NCBI GenBank assembly: GCA_034435835.1
Contig: DAOTWF010000017.1
Location: 79,617 to 143,616, forward strand
Reading direction: 5' to 3'
DNA: 64,000 nt
Source: Dehalococcoidia bacterium
GTDB taxonomy: Bacteria; Chloroflexota; Dehalococcoidia; GIF9; UBA5629
This document shows, in pieces, positions 38,709-46,807 of this stretch. Position 1 is the first letter of the stretch. Every line of letters begins with the position of its first letter. The translations under genes were made by a program, and so were the position numbers. Below the pieces are notes generated by a model. It saw nothing but the letters and a program-made list of their open reading frames with translations. It made no database searches and was not told the DNA's origin.

Positions 38709-39977
38709 TCACACCAGAGCCTTCACAGCAAGCTCGGAAAGGCTAGTGACCTCGATGTCGAGCCCGTAGTGTTCGTTGAGTTCACCGATCTGATGGCGAC
38801 AGTTATCACACGAGGTGACCACGATCCTGGCGCCGGTGCTGTGGACCTGCTCCGCCTTCAGCTTACCTGCCCTGAGACGGATGTCAGTCCATTCAGGTAT
38901 AGCCACCAGTCCGCTGCCGGCACCGCAGCAAAAGCTGTAGATCCGGTTGGGGTTCATCTCACGGTAGTCCTCAGCCACAGCGCGGATTATCCGCCGCGGC
39001 TCTTCAAACAGCCCGCCCTTGCGCCCCAGATTGCAGGAATCATGATAGGTCACTGGGACACCGTTCCTTTTAGGAGTTAAGGTGAGAACACCTTTCTGCA
39101 AGTACTCGTCCAGCACCTCTATTATGCTGCGCACACGGAAAGGCAGCCGCCGCCCCAGCCACCGCGCCACCTCCCACCGCATTACAGGATAGCCATGCCC
39201 GCACTCCGTAATGACCACCTCCTCAACCTTCAGGCGCTCCGCCTCAGCGATGATGCGTTGTGCGATGCGACTGGCCCTCGATGTATCAGCCAGAAAGTAA
39301 GCGTAGTTCGAGGTCTCGAACAGGCTGAGAGCCCAGGACTCCTTTGCCAGGTTGAACAGGACTGCCTGCGGCACGATGGTATGTGCCCCGGAAAGGGGAA
39401 CATAGAGCACCCGGACACCTTCCTTCCCCACCGGTATGGTGGCGCTGGAACTACCCAGATGGTCCTGCACCTGCTTTTCCAGCTCTTTCACCTGGTCGAG
39501 GTAGAACTCTTTGAAAAACTCGATGTTCTCCCCCTTGGCAATGGCGGCATCCGCCAGTTCCACGAGCATCTGCGGTGCCCCGCCGCTGGCGGTAGCCAGT
39601 GCCCTGACTGCCCGCATAATGTCCGCGGTGTCCACACTGAGGGGACAGTCAAGGGTGCACCTCTGACACAGCGTACAGGTGGAAAAGGCTATATCGGCAA
39701 GTCGGCGTAGCAATTCCGCAGACACTTCGCCGGAGTCACGGCGCCGGAAGCGACCCGCCGAAGGGTCAAGGAGCCGCCGGTATATCCTGCGCAATTGCTC
39801 GGCGCGGTAGAAGGGGGTATGCTCCAGTTTCGGCTCGGACCGGTAATAGTGACAGCTCTCGGCGCAGATACCACAGCGGACACATGCCTCTAGAGAGGCA
39901 AGCTGCTTGCGGTCAATCAGGACCTCCAACTTCCGTTTCACATCAGCAAGGGATAGGGAGGTGGCTTCGGCACTCAT
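38709..39977 (-). CDS. HdrD/DsrK/GlpC-type iron-sulfur protein (2x[4Fe-4S] ferredoxin domain + CCG domain)
   Basis: CVRCGICAESC and CTLCQRCTLDCP motifs. A degenerate first CCG-like region (ITECGHG). A complete CCG signature: HDSC...SFCCGAGSG...TSCDNC. ATGA overlap with the upstream membrane gene. Confidence 0.75.
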   Translation of the reverse strand: MSAEATSLSLADVKRKLEVLIDRKQLASLEACVRCGICAESCHYYRSEPKLEHTPFYRAEQLRRIYRRLLDPSAGRFRRRDSGEVSAELLRRLADIAFSTCTLCQRCTLDCPLSVDTADIMRAVRALATASGGAPQMLVELADAAIAKGENIEFFKEFYLDQVKELEKQVQDHLGSSSATIPVGKEGVRVLYVPLSGAHTIVPQAVLFNLAKESWALSLFETSNYAYFLADTSRASRIAQRIIAEAERLKVEEVVITECGHGYPVMRWEVARWLGRRLPFRVRSIIEVLDEYLQKGVLTLTPKRNGVPVTYHDSCNLGRKGGLFEEPRRIIRAVAEDYREMNPNRIYSFCCGAGSGLVAIPEWTDIRLRAGKLKAEQVHSTGARIVVTSCDNCRHQIGELNEHYGLDIEVTSLSELAVKALV

Positions 39978-40588
39978 CGCAGAATGCCCCTGTGACCAGA
40001 TATCCAGCCAAAGAAGCCTCGTGAATAGAAGAAGTAGAGGAAATGACGCAATTTGCCGAACGGCGTGTAGGCGAGCGTTATAGCTGAGACCACCCAGAAC
40101 AGCGGCAGGAACTGCGCATCGGCGGCACAGAGGCTTGCCGAGATGAGGAATACCGTGACTAAAGTCAGCGAGAAATAGTCATCGGCGGTGCTCACCGCCC
40201 TCAATATAGGGTCACGAGACCGCAACCAGAAACCCGTTAAGGCGGCAACGGCAGCTATGGCGAAAAGAACCGATGCTGTAAGCCGCACTGCCGAAGGCAG
40301 AAAGGTCAGCCACGGGGTGGAGATGAGAAAAGCCGTGCCCAGAAAGATACCGCCATGAAAGACCACCCCGCGGAGGTAAGCGACCCAGTGCAGCCGTGCG
40401 CTCTCCTTCTCCCAAGGCAACATACCCAGGGTAAAGGCATGTAGCACCCCTTTTGCCGCTGAACCTCTGGCGGAAGCCACATCGCCACGAAACTGCCACC
40501 GCTGCATACGGGCAATATGCCAGCCCAGTCCCGCAGCACAGATAACTGCACCAAGACACAGCGCCACAAAGGCGATGAGTACGCTCAC
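39974..40588 (-). CDS. 5-TM membrane protein, NarI/DsrM/HdrE-like putative cytochrome b subunit
   Basis: 204 aa with five hydrophobic helices. His residues lie in or near helices 1, 2 and after helix 5. The C-terminal PFGKLRHFLYFF resembles the NarI-family motif. The GTG start overlaps the tusA stop (GTGA). Confidence 0.5.
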   Translation of the reverse strand: MSVLIAFVALCLGAVICAAGLGWHIARMQRWQFRGDVASARGSAAKGVLHAFTLGMLPWEKESARLHWVAYLRGVVFHGGIFLGTAFLISTPWLTFLPSAVRLTASVLFAIAAVAALTGFWLRSRDPILRAVSTADDYFSLTLVTVFLISASLCAADAQFLPLFWVVSAITLAYTPFGKLRHFLYFFYSRGFFGWISGHRGILR

Positions 40589-40827
40589 TTCGCTTTCCTG
40601 ATGGTGAAGGTGATGAGCTTATCCTTTTTCTCCATGGAGAGGAGTTCGTTCCCGGTGCTCTTCACCCAGGCTGGGATATCGGCGAGCACGCCCGGGTCTG
40701 TTGCCGTAGCCTCCAGGATTCCACCCGCAGGCAGATCCTTTATCGCTTGGCTGACCCTGACCACCGGTATAGGGCAGAGCAAACCCTCAAGGTTGAGCTT
40801 CACACTGGCACCTGTTTCCTGCGTCAT
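40585..40827 (-). CDS. tusA: TusA/SirA-family sulfurtransferase
   Basis: LNLEGLLCPIPVVRVSQAIKDL..GGILEATATDPGVLADIPAW (conserved Cys-Pro motif). Start set to the ATG at 40827, preceded by GAGGAGGTG; the track ORF extends upstream. Confidence 0.8.
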   Translation of the reverse strand: MTQETGASVKLNLEGLLCPIPVVRVSQAIKDLPAGGILEATATDPGVLADIPAWVKSTGNELLSMEKKDKLITFTIRKAK

Positions 40828-40840
40828 TTTGTCACCTCCT

Positions 40841-41317
40841 CTAAATGAACAACGTGGCAAAGGAGCGTCCCGCCGCTTCCAGCATTGTCGCCACCCCCGC
40901 CGGCTCCGCCACCTCGTCGATGAGGTCCTCACGCTTTATCTCCATGACCTCCATGCTCATCTGGCAGGGCACCAGTTTGACCCCGAGGTCCACAGCCATC
41001 TTACGAAGTTCCCCCAGCGGCGTGATGTTATGCGCCTTCATCATCTGCTTGAACATCCACCTACCGATGCCACCGAAGTTGAACCGGGAAGGACCGATGC
41101 GGTTGATGCCACCCCGGTTAAGCAGCCCCATCATCCGCCCGAAGACGCTCTTACCGGTAAGGTTGCCCTTCTGTATGGCTTTTATCCCCCAGAAGGTGAA
41201 GAACATGGTGGTCTCCTTACCCGAGGCAGCAGCACCAACGGCAATGTTGAACGCCGCCATCACCTTGTCCATATCACCGCTGAACACCACTATGGTCACC
41301 CCTTCTCTGTCTGACAT
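40841..41317 (-). CDS. DsrE/DsrF/DrsH-like (DrsE_2-type) sulfur-relay protein
   Basis: VTIVVFSGDMDKVMAAFNIAVGAAASGKETTMFFTFWG...LVPCQMSMEVMEIKREDLID...ATLFI. Start at the ATG at 41317, preceded by AAGGAGGG. Confidence 0.7.
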   Translation of the reverse strand: MSDREGVTIVVFSGDMDKVMAAFNIAVGAAASGKETTMFFTFWGIKAIQKGNLTGKSVFGRMMGLLNRGGINRIGPSRFNFGGIGRWMFKQMMKAHNITPLGELRKMAVDLGVKLVPCQMSMEVMEIKREDLIDEVAEPAGVATMLEAAGRSFATLFI

Positions 41318-41336
41318 TTTCACCCTCCTTGTCAAT

Positions 41337-41687
41337 TTATCCTGTCAGCCTTTCCGCCAAGCGCCTGTTCTTTTCCATCTGGTTCAATAATATCTGATGC
41401 ACAACGTCGCAGGCTTCGCCTATCTTGCTATCGGTCAGGCTATAGTACACATTCACCCCCTCCCGTCTTGCCTGCACCACACCACGGTCACGAAGCACTG
41501 CCAGATGCCGTGATACCACCGCCTGCGGCACTTGAAGAAGCTGCACAAGCTCGCTTACCGCCCTCTCACCACCACGCAGGATGTCAATTATCTGCAGCCT
41601 CTTGGCATCGGCAAAAGTCTTGCACAGCTCCGCCTTAAGCTCGTATAGCTCCAGATCCCGTCGCTCTCTCAAATAACTTCTCCTCAT
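41337..41687 (-). CDS. ArsR/SmtB-family transcriptional regulator (two Cys: C22, C93)
   Basis: wHTH signature FADAKRLQIIDILRGGERAVSELVQLLQVPQAVVSRHLAVLRDRGVV..RREG..VYYSL. Confidence 0.85.
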   Translation of the reverse strand: MRRSYLRERRDLELYELKAELCKTFADAKRLQIIDILRGGERAVSELVQLLQVPQAVVSRHLAVLRDRGVVQARREGVNVYYSLTDSKIGEACDVVHQILLNQMEKNRRLAERLTG

Positions 41688-41696
41688 CTTTTTAAC

Positions 41697-41708
41697 TATA
41701 TCGATATA
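41697..41708. promoter_or_regulatory. perfect 12-bp palindrome TATATCGATATA, candidate ArsR operator
   Basis: Lies 10 nt upstream of the arsR start codon, in a strongly AT-rich divergent intergenic region (41688-41837). An AATATT palindrome follows at about 41713. Confidence 0.4.
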
Positions 41709-41837
41709 TTAAAATATTATCATATGATTGCATTTGTTGTCAAACCGTGTTTCTGATAGGTTGTGAATAGTGGAGGTAATAGGGCTTGACAAGCTGTATT
41801 ATAATATGTTTAGCTTTGGAGAAAGGAGGTGACTCAA

Positions 41838-41981
41838 ATGGCGCAGGCGTATTGCTTCAAGTGTCGCAAGAAGGTGGAGGTCAGGAATCCCGCCAATGTG
41901 ACGCTGAAAAACAAGCGTCCAGCGATCCGGGGGACTTGCCCGAACTGCGGAACCAAGGTATTCCGCATCGGTAAGAGCTAA
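41838..41981 (+). CDS. small zinc-ribbon protein (DUF5679-like), 47 aa; absent from the supplied ORF track
   Basis: AAAGGAGGTG RBS 7 nt before the ATG. Translation: MAQAYCFKCRKKVEVRNPANVTLKNKRPAIRGTCPNCGTKVFRIGKS, with CxxC...CxxC and a C-terminal FRIGK. Confidence 0.6.
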   Translation: MAQAYCFKCRKKVEVRNPANVTLKNKRPAIRGTCPNCGTKVFRIGKS

Positions 41982-41993
41982 ACTTTTCTTGAG

Positions 41994-42671
41994 TTAAGCC
42001 GAAGCTGAAAAGTGGTGGCTGAGCCTCTGCAGCAGCAGACGGGGGTTCTCGTCTAAGATTACGTGGTGTTCCACGCTGCGCAGGCCGGCGGCGACTAGTG
42101 TGGTTGTTGCTAGAATTGGGGAAAGCAGGTCGCCCTCGTTATGGGCGTCTGAGTTAAGCAACAGGCGCGCTTTGGCCTGGAGGCAAACCGAAGCAGCATG
42201 GGCGTTGGTCGTTGAATGTCCCTTGCGGGTAGTCAACTCTATGAAAATGCCCCTTGCGGCCGCAAGGCTAGCCTGTTCAGGGGTGATTAATCCGGGGTGA
42301 GCCAGGATATCAACATGTGGTGACTGGAGCGCTGCCAGGTTGGTGCCATTTTCCACAGGTTCGGCAAGGGTTTCGCCATGGACCACCACCAGCCAAGCAC
42401 CGAGCTCCTTAGCCCTCTGGGCGATTTCTGGGATCGCTTCTGCGGGGAGGTGAGTCAGTTCGACACCGGGGATAGCAAGTATGTTCCAGTAAGCTCTGGC
42501 AAGGGCACAGTCATCGCTTACCTCCTTGATCACCCGGGCAAGAGAACCGATGCCAACATGATCCGTGATAGCAATGGCTGAATAGCCCTTCACTATAGCG
42601 CGGCGGATAAGCTCCATGGGTGAAAGAACGCCATCGCTGAGAAAACTGTGGGTGTGAAAGTCATAAAGCAC
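41994..42671 (-). CDS. PHP-domain metal-dependent phosphoesterase (histidinol-phosphatase-like)
   Basis: MLYDFHTHSFLSDG...AIAITDHV...GVE...HG...SDAH motif series. Confidence 0.75.
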   Translation of the reverse strand: MLYDFHTHSFLSDGVLSPMELIRRAIVKGYSAIAITDHVGIGSLARVIKEVSDDCALARAYWNILAIPGVELTHLPAEAIPEIAQRAKELGAWLVVVHGETLAEPVENGTNLAALQSPHVDILAHPGLITPEQASLAAARGIFIELTTRKGHSTTNAHAASVCLQAKARLLLNSDAHNEGDLLSPILATTTLVAAGLRSVEHHVILDENPRLLLQRLSHHFSASA

Positions 42672-42736
42672 CTTTCAAAGATATCACAAACCACAAATCG
42701 AGACAAGGTGGTAAAATATACAAAAGGATGGTAGCT

Positions 42737-43636
42737 ATGGCAGAAGCAAGATTGCAGCAGATTCTGGTGCCCCTCGATGGCTCACTCGAGGCGGAGTGTG
42801 TGCTCCCCTACCTCCGGGACCTGGCGCCTAGGTTTAATGCCAAGGTGCATGTCCTTGCCGTGGGTGTAGGACAGAGGACAAGGAGGGTAAATCGCCTGCT
42901 GGAAGACTATATCGTCAAGATGACTGAAGAGCTCAAACAGCAGGATATTAACGCCGAGGCGTCGGTCGTTTACGGGACCACTGCCGATATGATACTGGAG
43001 TTCGCCCAGCACCAGAAGGTCGACCTCATCCTTATGGCAACCCATGGCTTGAGCGGGGTGACGCGCTGGTGGCTGGGAAGCGTTGCCGAAAAGGTGGTCA
43101 GCGCCTCCCCCACCCCCATAATGCTGGTCCAGGCAACACGATCCGAAAAACATGACACGACAAGTAAAAAGAGCATCGAAAGAATCCTCGTCCCGCTGGA
43201 CGGTTCCGAGTTAGGGCAGGCGGCTCTGCCCTATGCCGAAATGCTCACCTTCAAGACAGGGGCTGCTCTTGACCTGCTGCATGTGGTGGCACCCCCGGGA
43301 GCCATAGAAGCCAGCCTGCTCACCGGACCCGACTGGGTAAAACTGATCCAGGTGCTGCAGGAAGCTGGCGAGGATTACCTTAAGGAAATGGTGAGGCAAC
43401 TGGGTGAGCGTGGCATAAAAGCCACCTACGAAGTGGTAACTGGTGAGCCTGCCGACAAAATAGTACAATATGCAGAGACAAAAAGGGTCAGCCTGATAGC
43501 AATGTCAACCCACGGTCGGACAGGGCTAGCCCGCTGGGTGATGGGGAGCGTTGCCGACAAGGTAGTGCACAGCGCCAGCATGCCCGTCTGGCTGGTGAGG
43601 TCAGCTAAAATACTAGCTCCCAAAGCGAAGCCCTGA
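42737..43636 (+). CDS. universal stress protein, tandem UspA domains
   Basis: Two repeats ILVPLDGS...DLI.M.THG..G......GSVA.KV. Start set to the ATG at 42737, because the AAAGG motif directly abuts the track start at 42728. Confidence 0.8.
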   Translation: MAEARLQQILVPLDGSLEAECVLPYLRDLAPRFNAKVHVLAVGVGQRTRRVNRLLEDYIVKMTEELKQQDINAEASVVYGTTADMILEFAQHQKVDLILMATHGLSGVTRWWLGSVAEKVVSASPTPIMLVQATRSEKHDTTSKKSIERILVPLDGSELGQAALPYAEMLTFKTGAALDLLHVVAPPGAIEASLLTGPDWVKLIQVLQEAGEDYLKEMVRQLGERGIKATYEVVTGEPADKIVQYAETKRVSLIAMSTHGRTGLARWVMGSVADKVVHSASMPVWLVRSAKILAPKAKP

Positions 43637-43672
43637 CTTGAAAAATAAGGTATTAACGGAAAGGAGCAAGCC

Positions 43673-44800
43673 ATGGGAAAGATTAACGTGGCTATCATCG
43701 GTGTGGGCAATTGTGCCTCATCACTGGTACAGGGAGTGTACTACTATCGCAAAGCCAAGGACGACGAGTTCGTCCCCGGGCTGATGCACGTCAACTTAGG
43801 TGGCTACCACATCAGAGACATCAACTTCGTGGCTGCCTTTGATATAGACAAAAACAAGGTGGGCAAAGACCTCGCTGAGGCTATCTTTGTTCCCCCAAAC
43901 AATACCTACAAGTTCTGCGACGTACCAGCCACCGGCGTCAGGGTTGCCCGGGGCATGACCCATGACGGGCTGGGTAAATACCTGTCACAGATCATCACCA
44001 AAGCCCCCGGCTCCACCGCAGACATCGTGGGCATCCTCAAGGAGACTAAGACCGATGTGGTGATCAACTACCTGCCCGTAGGCAGCGAGGAAGCCACCAA
44101 GTGGTATGTGGAGCAGGTGCTCGATGCCGGCTGCGGGTTCGTCAACTGCATACCGGTGTTCATCGCCCGGGAGCCTTACTGGTACAAAAGGTTTGCTGAT
44201 CGGGGACTGCCCATAATCGGAGACGACATCAAGTCACAGGTCGGCGCAACCATCACCCACCGCGTGCTCACCAGGCTGTTCCACGACCGCGGTGTCAAGC
44301 TGGAAAGGACTTACCAGCTTAACTTCGGTGGCAATACCGACTTCTACAACATGTTAGAGCGGGAGCGACTGGAATCAAAGAAAATCTCCAAGACAAATTC
44401 TGTCACCTCGCAGCTCGACTATGAGATCGAGCCAGAGAACATCCATATCGGTCCCAGCGATTACGTGCCGTGGCTTGCCGACCGCAAGTTCTGCTACATC
44501 CGGATGGAAGGAAGGGCCTTCGGCGATGTGCCGCTCAACCTGGAACTGAAGCTGGAGGTCTGGGACAGCCCGAACTCCGCCGGAGTGGTCATAGACGCCA
44601 TAAGGTGCTGCAAGCTGGCGCTGGACAGGGGCATAAGCGGCTCGCTGGTGGCGCCCAGCGTCTACTTTATGAAGTCACCCCCTATACAGTACTCCGACGA
44701 TGAGGCGCGGAGGCGCGTGGAGAACTTCATTTCAGGGAAGGACCTCTTACCACCAGTCTCTCTTCCCGAAGCACCACCAGCACAGGCAAAACAGCGGTAA
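43673..44800 (+). CDS. ino1: inositol-3-phosphate synthase (myo-inositol-1-phosphate synthase, actinobacterial/archaeal type)
   Basis: [19 protein letters not shown]...VPGLMHV..G.Y...D..FVAAFD.D..KVG.DL; LPVGSEEA; [17 protein letters not shown]. Closely mirrors mycobacterial Ino1 as recalled. Confidence 0.9.
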   Translation: MGKINVAIIGVGNCASSLVQGVYYYRKAKDDEFVPGLMHVNLGGYHIRDINFVAAFDIDKNKVGKDLAEAIFVPPNNTYKFCDVPATGVRVARGMTHDGLGKYLSQIITKAPGSTADIVGILKETKTDVVINYLPVGSEEATKWYVEQVLDAGCGFVNCIPVFIAREPYWYKRFADRGLPIIGDDIKSQVGATITHRVLTRLFHDRGVKLERTYQLNFGGNTDFYNMLERERLESKKISKTNSVTSQLDYEIEPENIHIGPSDYVPWLADRKFCYIRMEGRAFGDVPLNLELKLEVWDSPNSAGVVIDAIRCCKLALDRGISGSLVAPSVYFMKSPPIQYSDDEARRRVENFISGKDLLPPVSLPEAPPAQAKQR

Positions 44801-44839
44801 CAACGGAGCACAGGCAGAGTGGGGTAATTCAGAGCAGAA

Positions 44840-45955
44840 GTGAGAATCGGACTTGTTTCGCCGTACGACTACTCTTTTCCGGGCGGTGTGGTGAACCACA
44901 TCGCCTATCTGGCACACAATTTCATCCAGTGGGGACACGAGGTTAAGATCATCGCCCCCTGCCGCAAGAGAGGCACCAGATACTTCGAAGAGGAGGTAAC
45001 GCCGGTAGGCAGGCCCATCCCCATACCTTCCGGCGGCTCTATAGCCCGCGTACCGCTCTCGCCCTGGCTCCCCGCCCAAGTAGGGGAGATATTGAAGAGG
45101 CAGAATTTTGACATACTCCACCTTCACGAGCCATTCACACCGATGCTCTGTCTCAGCGCTCTCGCCAGGTCAGAGGCCATAAATGTGGGGACGTTCCACG
45201 CCTACCACAGCCGCCCCTGGCCCTACAAAATCGGCCGCCCCGTCTTTCTCAGGCTACTCAACAAGCTACACGGCAAGATAGCCGTGTCCCAGCCAGCCCT
45301 GGAATACGTCAGCCGCTACCTCCCCGCGGACTACCGCATCATACCCAACGGGATTGACACCGAACATTTCACCCCCGACGGTTCCCGCCGGGAGGAATTT
45401 GCCGACGGCAGGGTAAACCTGCTTTTTGTGGGCAGGCTGGAGGCAAGGAAAGGGCTGCACCACCTGCTAGACGCCTGCGCCAGAGTAAAGAAGGCACTGC
45501 CCGGCTTTCGTCTCATAGTGGTGGGACCGGGCACGGTGCTGCGGCGGAAATATCAGGCAATGGTCAAGCTCCTTGATATTGAGGACAATGTCACTTTCGT
45601 CGGTTACGTCCCCACGTCAGAACTACCGTCATATTATCGTACTGCCGACATCTTCTGCGCCCCGGCGACCGGTGGCGAGAGCTTCGGCATAGTGTTGCTT
45701 GAAGCCATGGCGTGCGCCAAACCCGTCATCGCCACCAGCATAACCGGCTATGCCAGCGTCATCCGGGACGGCGAGGACGGGCTATTGGTGCCACCAAAGG
45801 ACGATGAAGCGCTGGCGCAAGCCATCCTGAGGCTCGTCGATGATAAGCCACTACGAGAGCGCCTCGCAGCACAGGGCAGGAGAAAGGCTCAAAGGTATGG
45901 CTGGGCGAACATCGCCCGTGAGGTGATGGACTACTACAGGACTCTGCTCAGTTGA
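44840..45955 (+). CDS. GT4-family glycosyltransferase, PimA-like (phosphatidylinositol mannosyltransferase-like)
   Basis: MRIGLVSPYDYSFPGGVVNHIAYLA...GHEVKIIAP resembles the PimA N-terminus. C-terminal E..GIVLLEAMA (EX7E) motif. GTG start. Confidence 0.7.
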   Translation: MRIGLVSPYDYSFPGGVVNHIAYLAHNFIQWGHEVKIIAPCRKRGTRYFEEEVTPVGRPIPIPSGGSIARVPLSPWLPAQVGEILKRQNFDILHLHEPFTPMLCLSALARSEAINVGTFHAYHSRPWPYKIGRPVFLRLLNKLHGKIAVSQPALEYVSRYLPADYRIIPNGIDTEHFTPDGSRREEFADGRVNLLFVGRLEARKGLHHLLDACARVKKALPGFRLIVVGPGTVLRRKYQAMVKLLDIEDNVTFVGYVPTSELPSYYRTADIFCAPATGGESFGIVLLEAMACAKPVIATSITGYASVIRDGEDGLLVPPKDDEALAQAILRLVDDKPLRERLAAQGRRKAQRYGWANIAREVMDYYRTLLS

Positions 45956-46551
45956 GAAATCCCATGCCCAACCTTTCCGAACTGCGAAAGCTTGCCGCCC
46001 AGCGCATCACCAATCCCTTCCTCTCAGCCCTTTCCCGGAGCGGGCTTAAGCCCAATACACTCACCTGGATCGGGCTGGTGGTAAGCTTTGCCGCCGCCTA
46101 TACCATCGCCACCAGACACCTTGTGATTGCCGGCATCCTGGTGCTCCTCTCCGGTCTGTTCGATATCCTGGATGGGGCTTTGGCTAGAGCCACCAGCCAG
46201 TCCACGCGCTTCGGTGCCATGCTGGACTCTACCTTCGACCGCCTCGCCGATGCTGCGTTGCTTTTCGGCGTGACACTGCTTTATCTGAAGACCGGAGAAT
46301 GGCTTACCGTCGTCCTGGCATTCTTGGCACTGGCGGGCTCCTTCCTCACCAGCTATACCAAAGCCAGAGCAGAGGGACTGGGCATAGCCTGTCCTGTCGG
46401 TTTGTTTACCAGAGCGGAGAGAGTTATAATACTGGCGCTGGGCTTGTTGCTGAACCAGCTTTTCATAGCCCTGATCGTGCTGGTCGGACTTGCCTTTTTT
46501 ACCGTAGGACAGAGACTGGTCTATGTGTGGCAGAAGACAAAGGACTTTTAG
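45952..46551 (+). CDS. CDP-alcohol phosphatidyltransferase (phosphatidylinositol-phosphate-synthase-like)
   Basis: DILDGALARATSQSTRFGAMLDSTFDRLAD matches D-x2-DG-x2-AR-x8-G-x3-D-x3-D. Multiple TM segments. Overlaps the GT4 stop. An alternative ATG start lies at 45964. Confidence 0.85.
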   Translation: MRNPMPNLSELRKLAAQRITNPFLSALSRSGLKPNTLTWIGLVVSFAAAYTIATRHLVIAGILVLLSGLFDILDGALARATSQSTRFGAMLDSTFDRLADAALLFGVTLLYLKTGEWLTVVLAFLALAGSFLTSYTKARAEGLGIACPVGLFTRAERVIILALGLLLNQLFIALIVLVGLAFFTVGQRLVYVWQKTKDF

Positions 46552-46572
46552 GAAATTGGGAGTTAACTGATA

Positions 46573-46761
46573 GTGAGCGACCGGGCTTTTCAACGGGGTG
46601 CCGCCGGTCTTAGCGCGGCTGTTCTGGTCTGGATAGTACTGGGCACCGTTATGCGCGTTCCGGGCACCCTGTGGGTGATAGCCACCGGTCTGGTTGTGTG
46701 GCTTGTAGGCAATGGCGCCCTGCTCTATTACTGGGGCAAGGACTATATGTCCCGCATGTAA
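46573..46761 (+). CDS. small two-TM membrane protein (hypothetical)
   Basis: 62 aa with a GTG start and two hydrophobic helices (LSAAVLVWIVLGTV; LWVIATGLVVWLVGNGALL). Directly follows the inositol-lipid genes. Confidence 0.35.
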   Translation: MSDRAFQRGAAGLSAAVLVWIVLGTVMRVPGTLWVIATGLVVWLVGNGALLYYWGKDYMSRM

Positions 46762-46807
46762 AAAGGATTCCCCCGCTTTCGGGCTGGGTCTCAATTTTTA
46801 AAGTGCG

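Noticed and set aside
40517-41390. Plus-strand ORFs of 265 aa and 181 aa overlapping the dsrE-like and tusA region.
   Set aside because: The minus strand encodes textbook TusA (LCPIP) and DsrE-like motifs with strong RBS and coupled junctions. The plus-strand ORFs have no motifs and are Ser/Pro/Arg-rich.
41786-41974. 62-aa ORF from the track, and a TTGACA box at 41786.
   Set aside because: A different frame of the same DNA encodes a well-formed zinc-ribbon protein with a strong RBS. TTGACA has no -10-like hexamer at 16-18 nt spacing (TATAAT is only 8 nt away), so I do not call a promoter.
46024-46794. 256-aa minus-strand ORF.
   Set aside because: It is antisense to the CDP-alcohol phosphatidyltransferase, whose catalytic motif is complete. 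Q/G/H-rich shadow composition.
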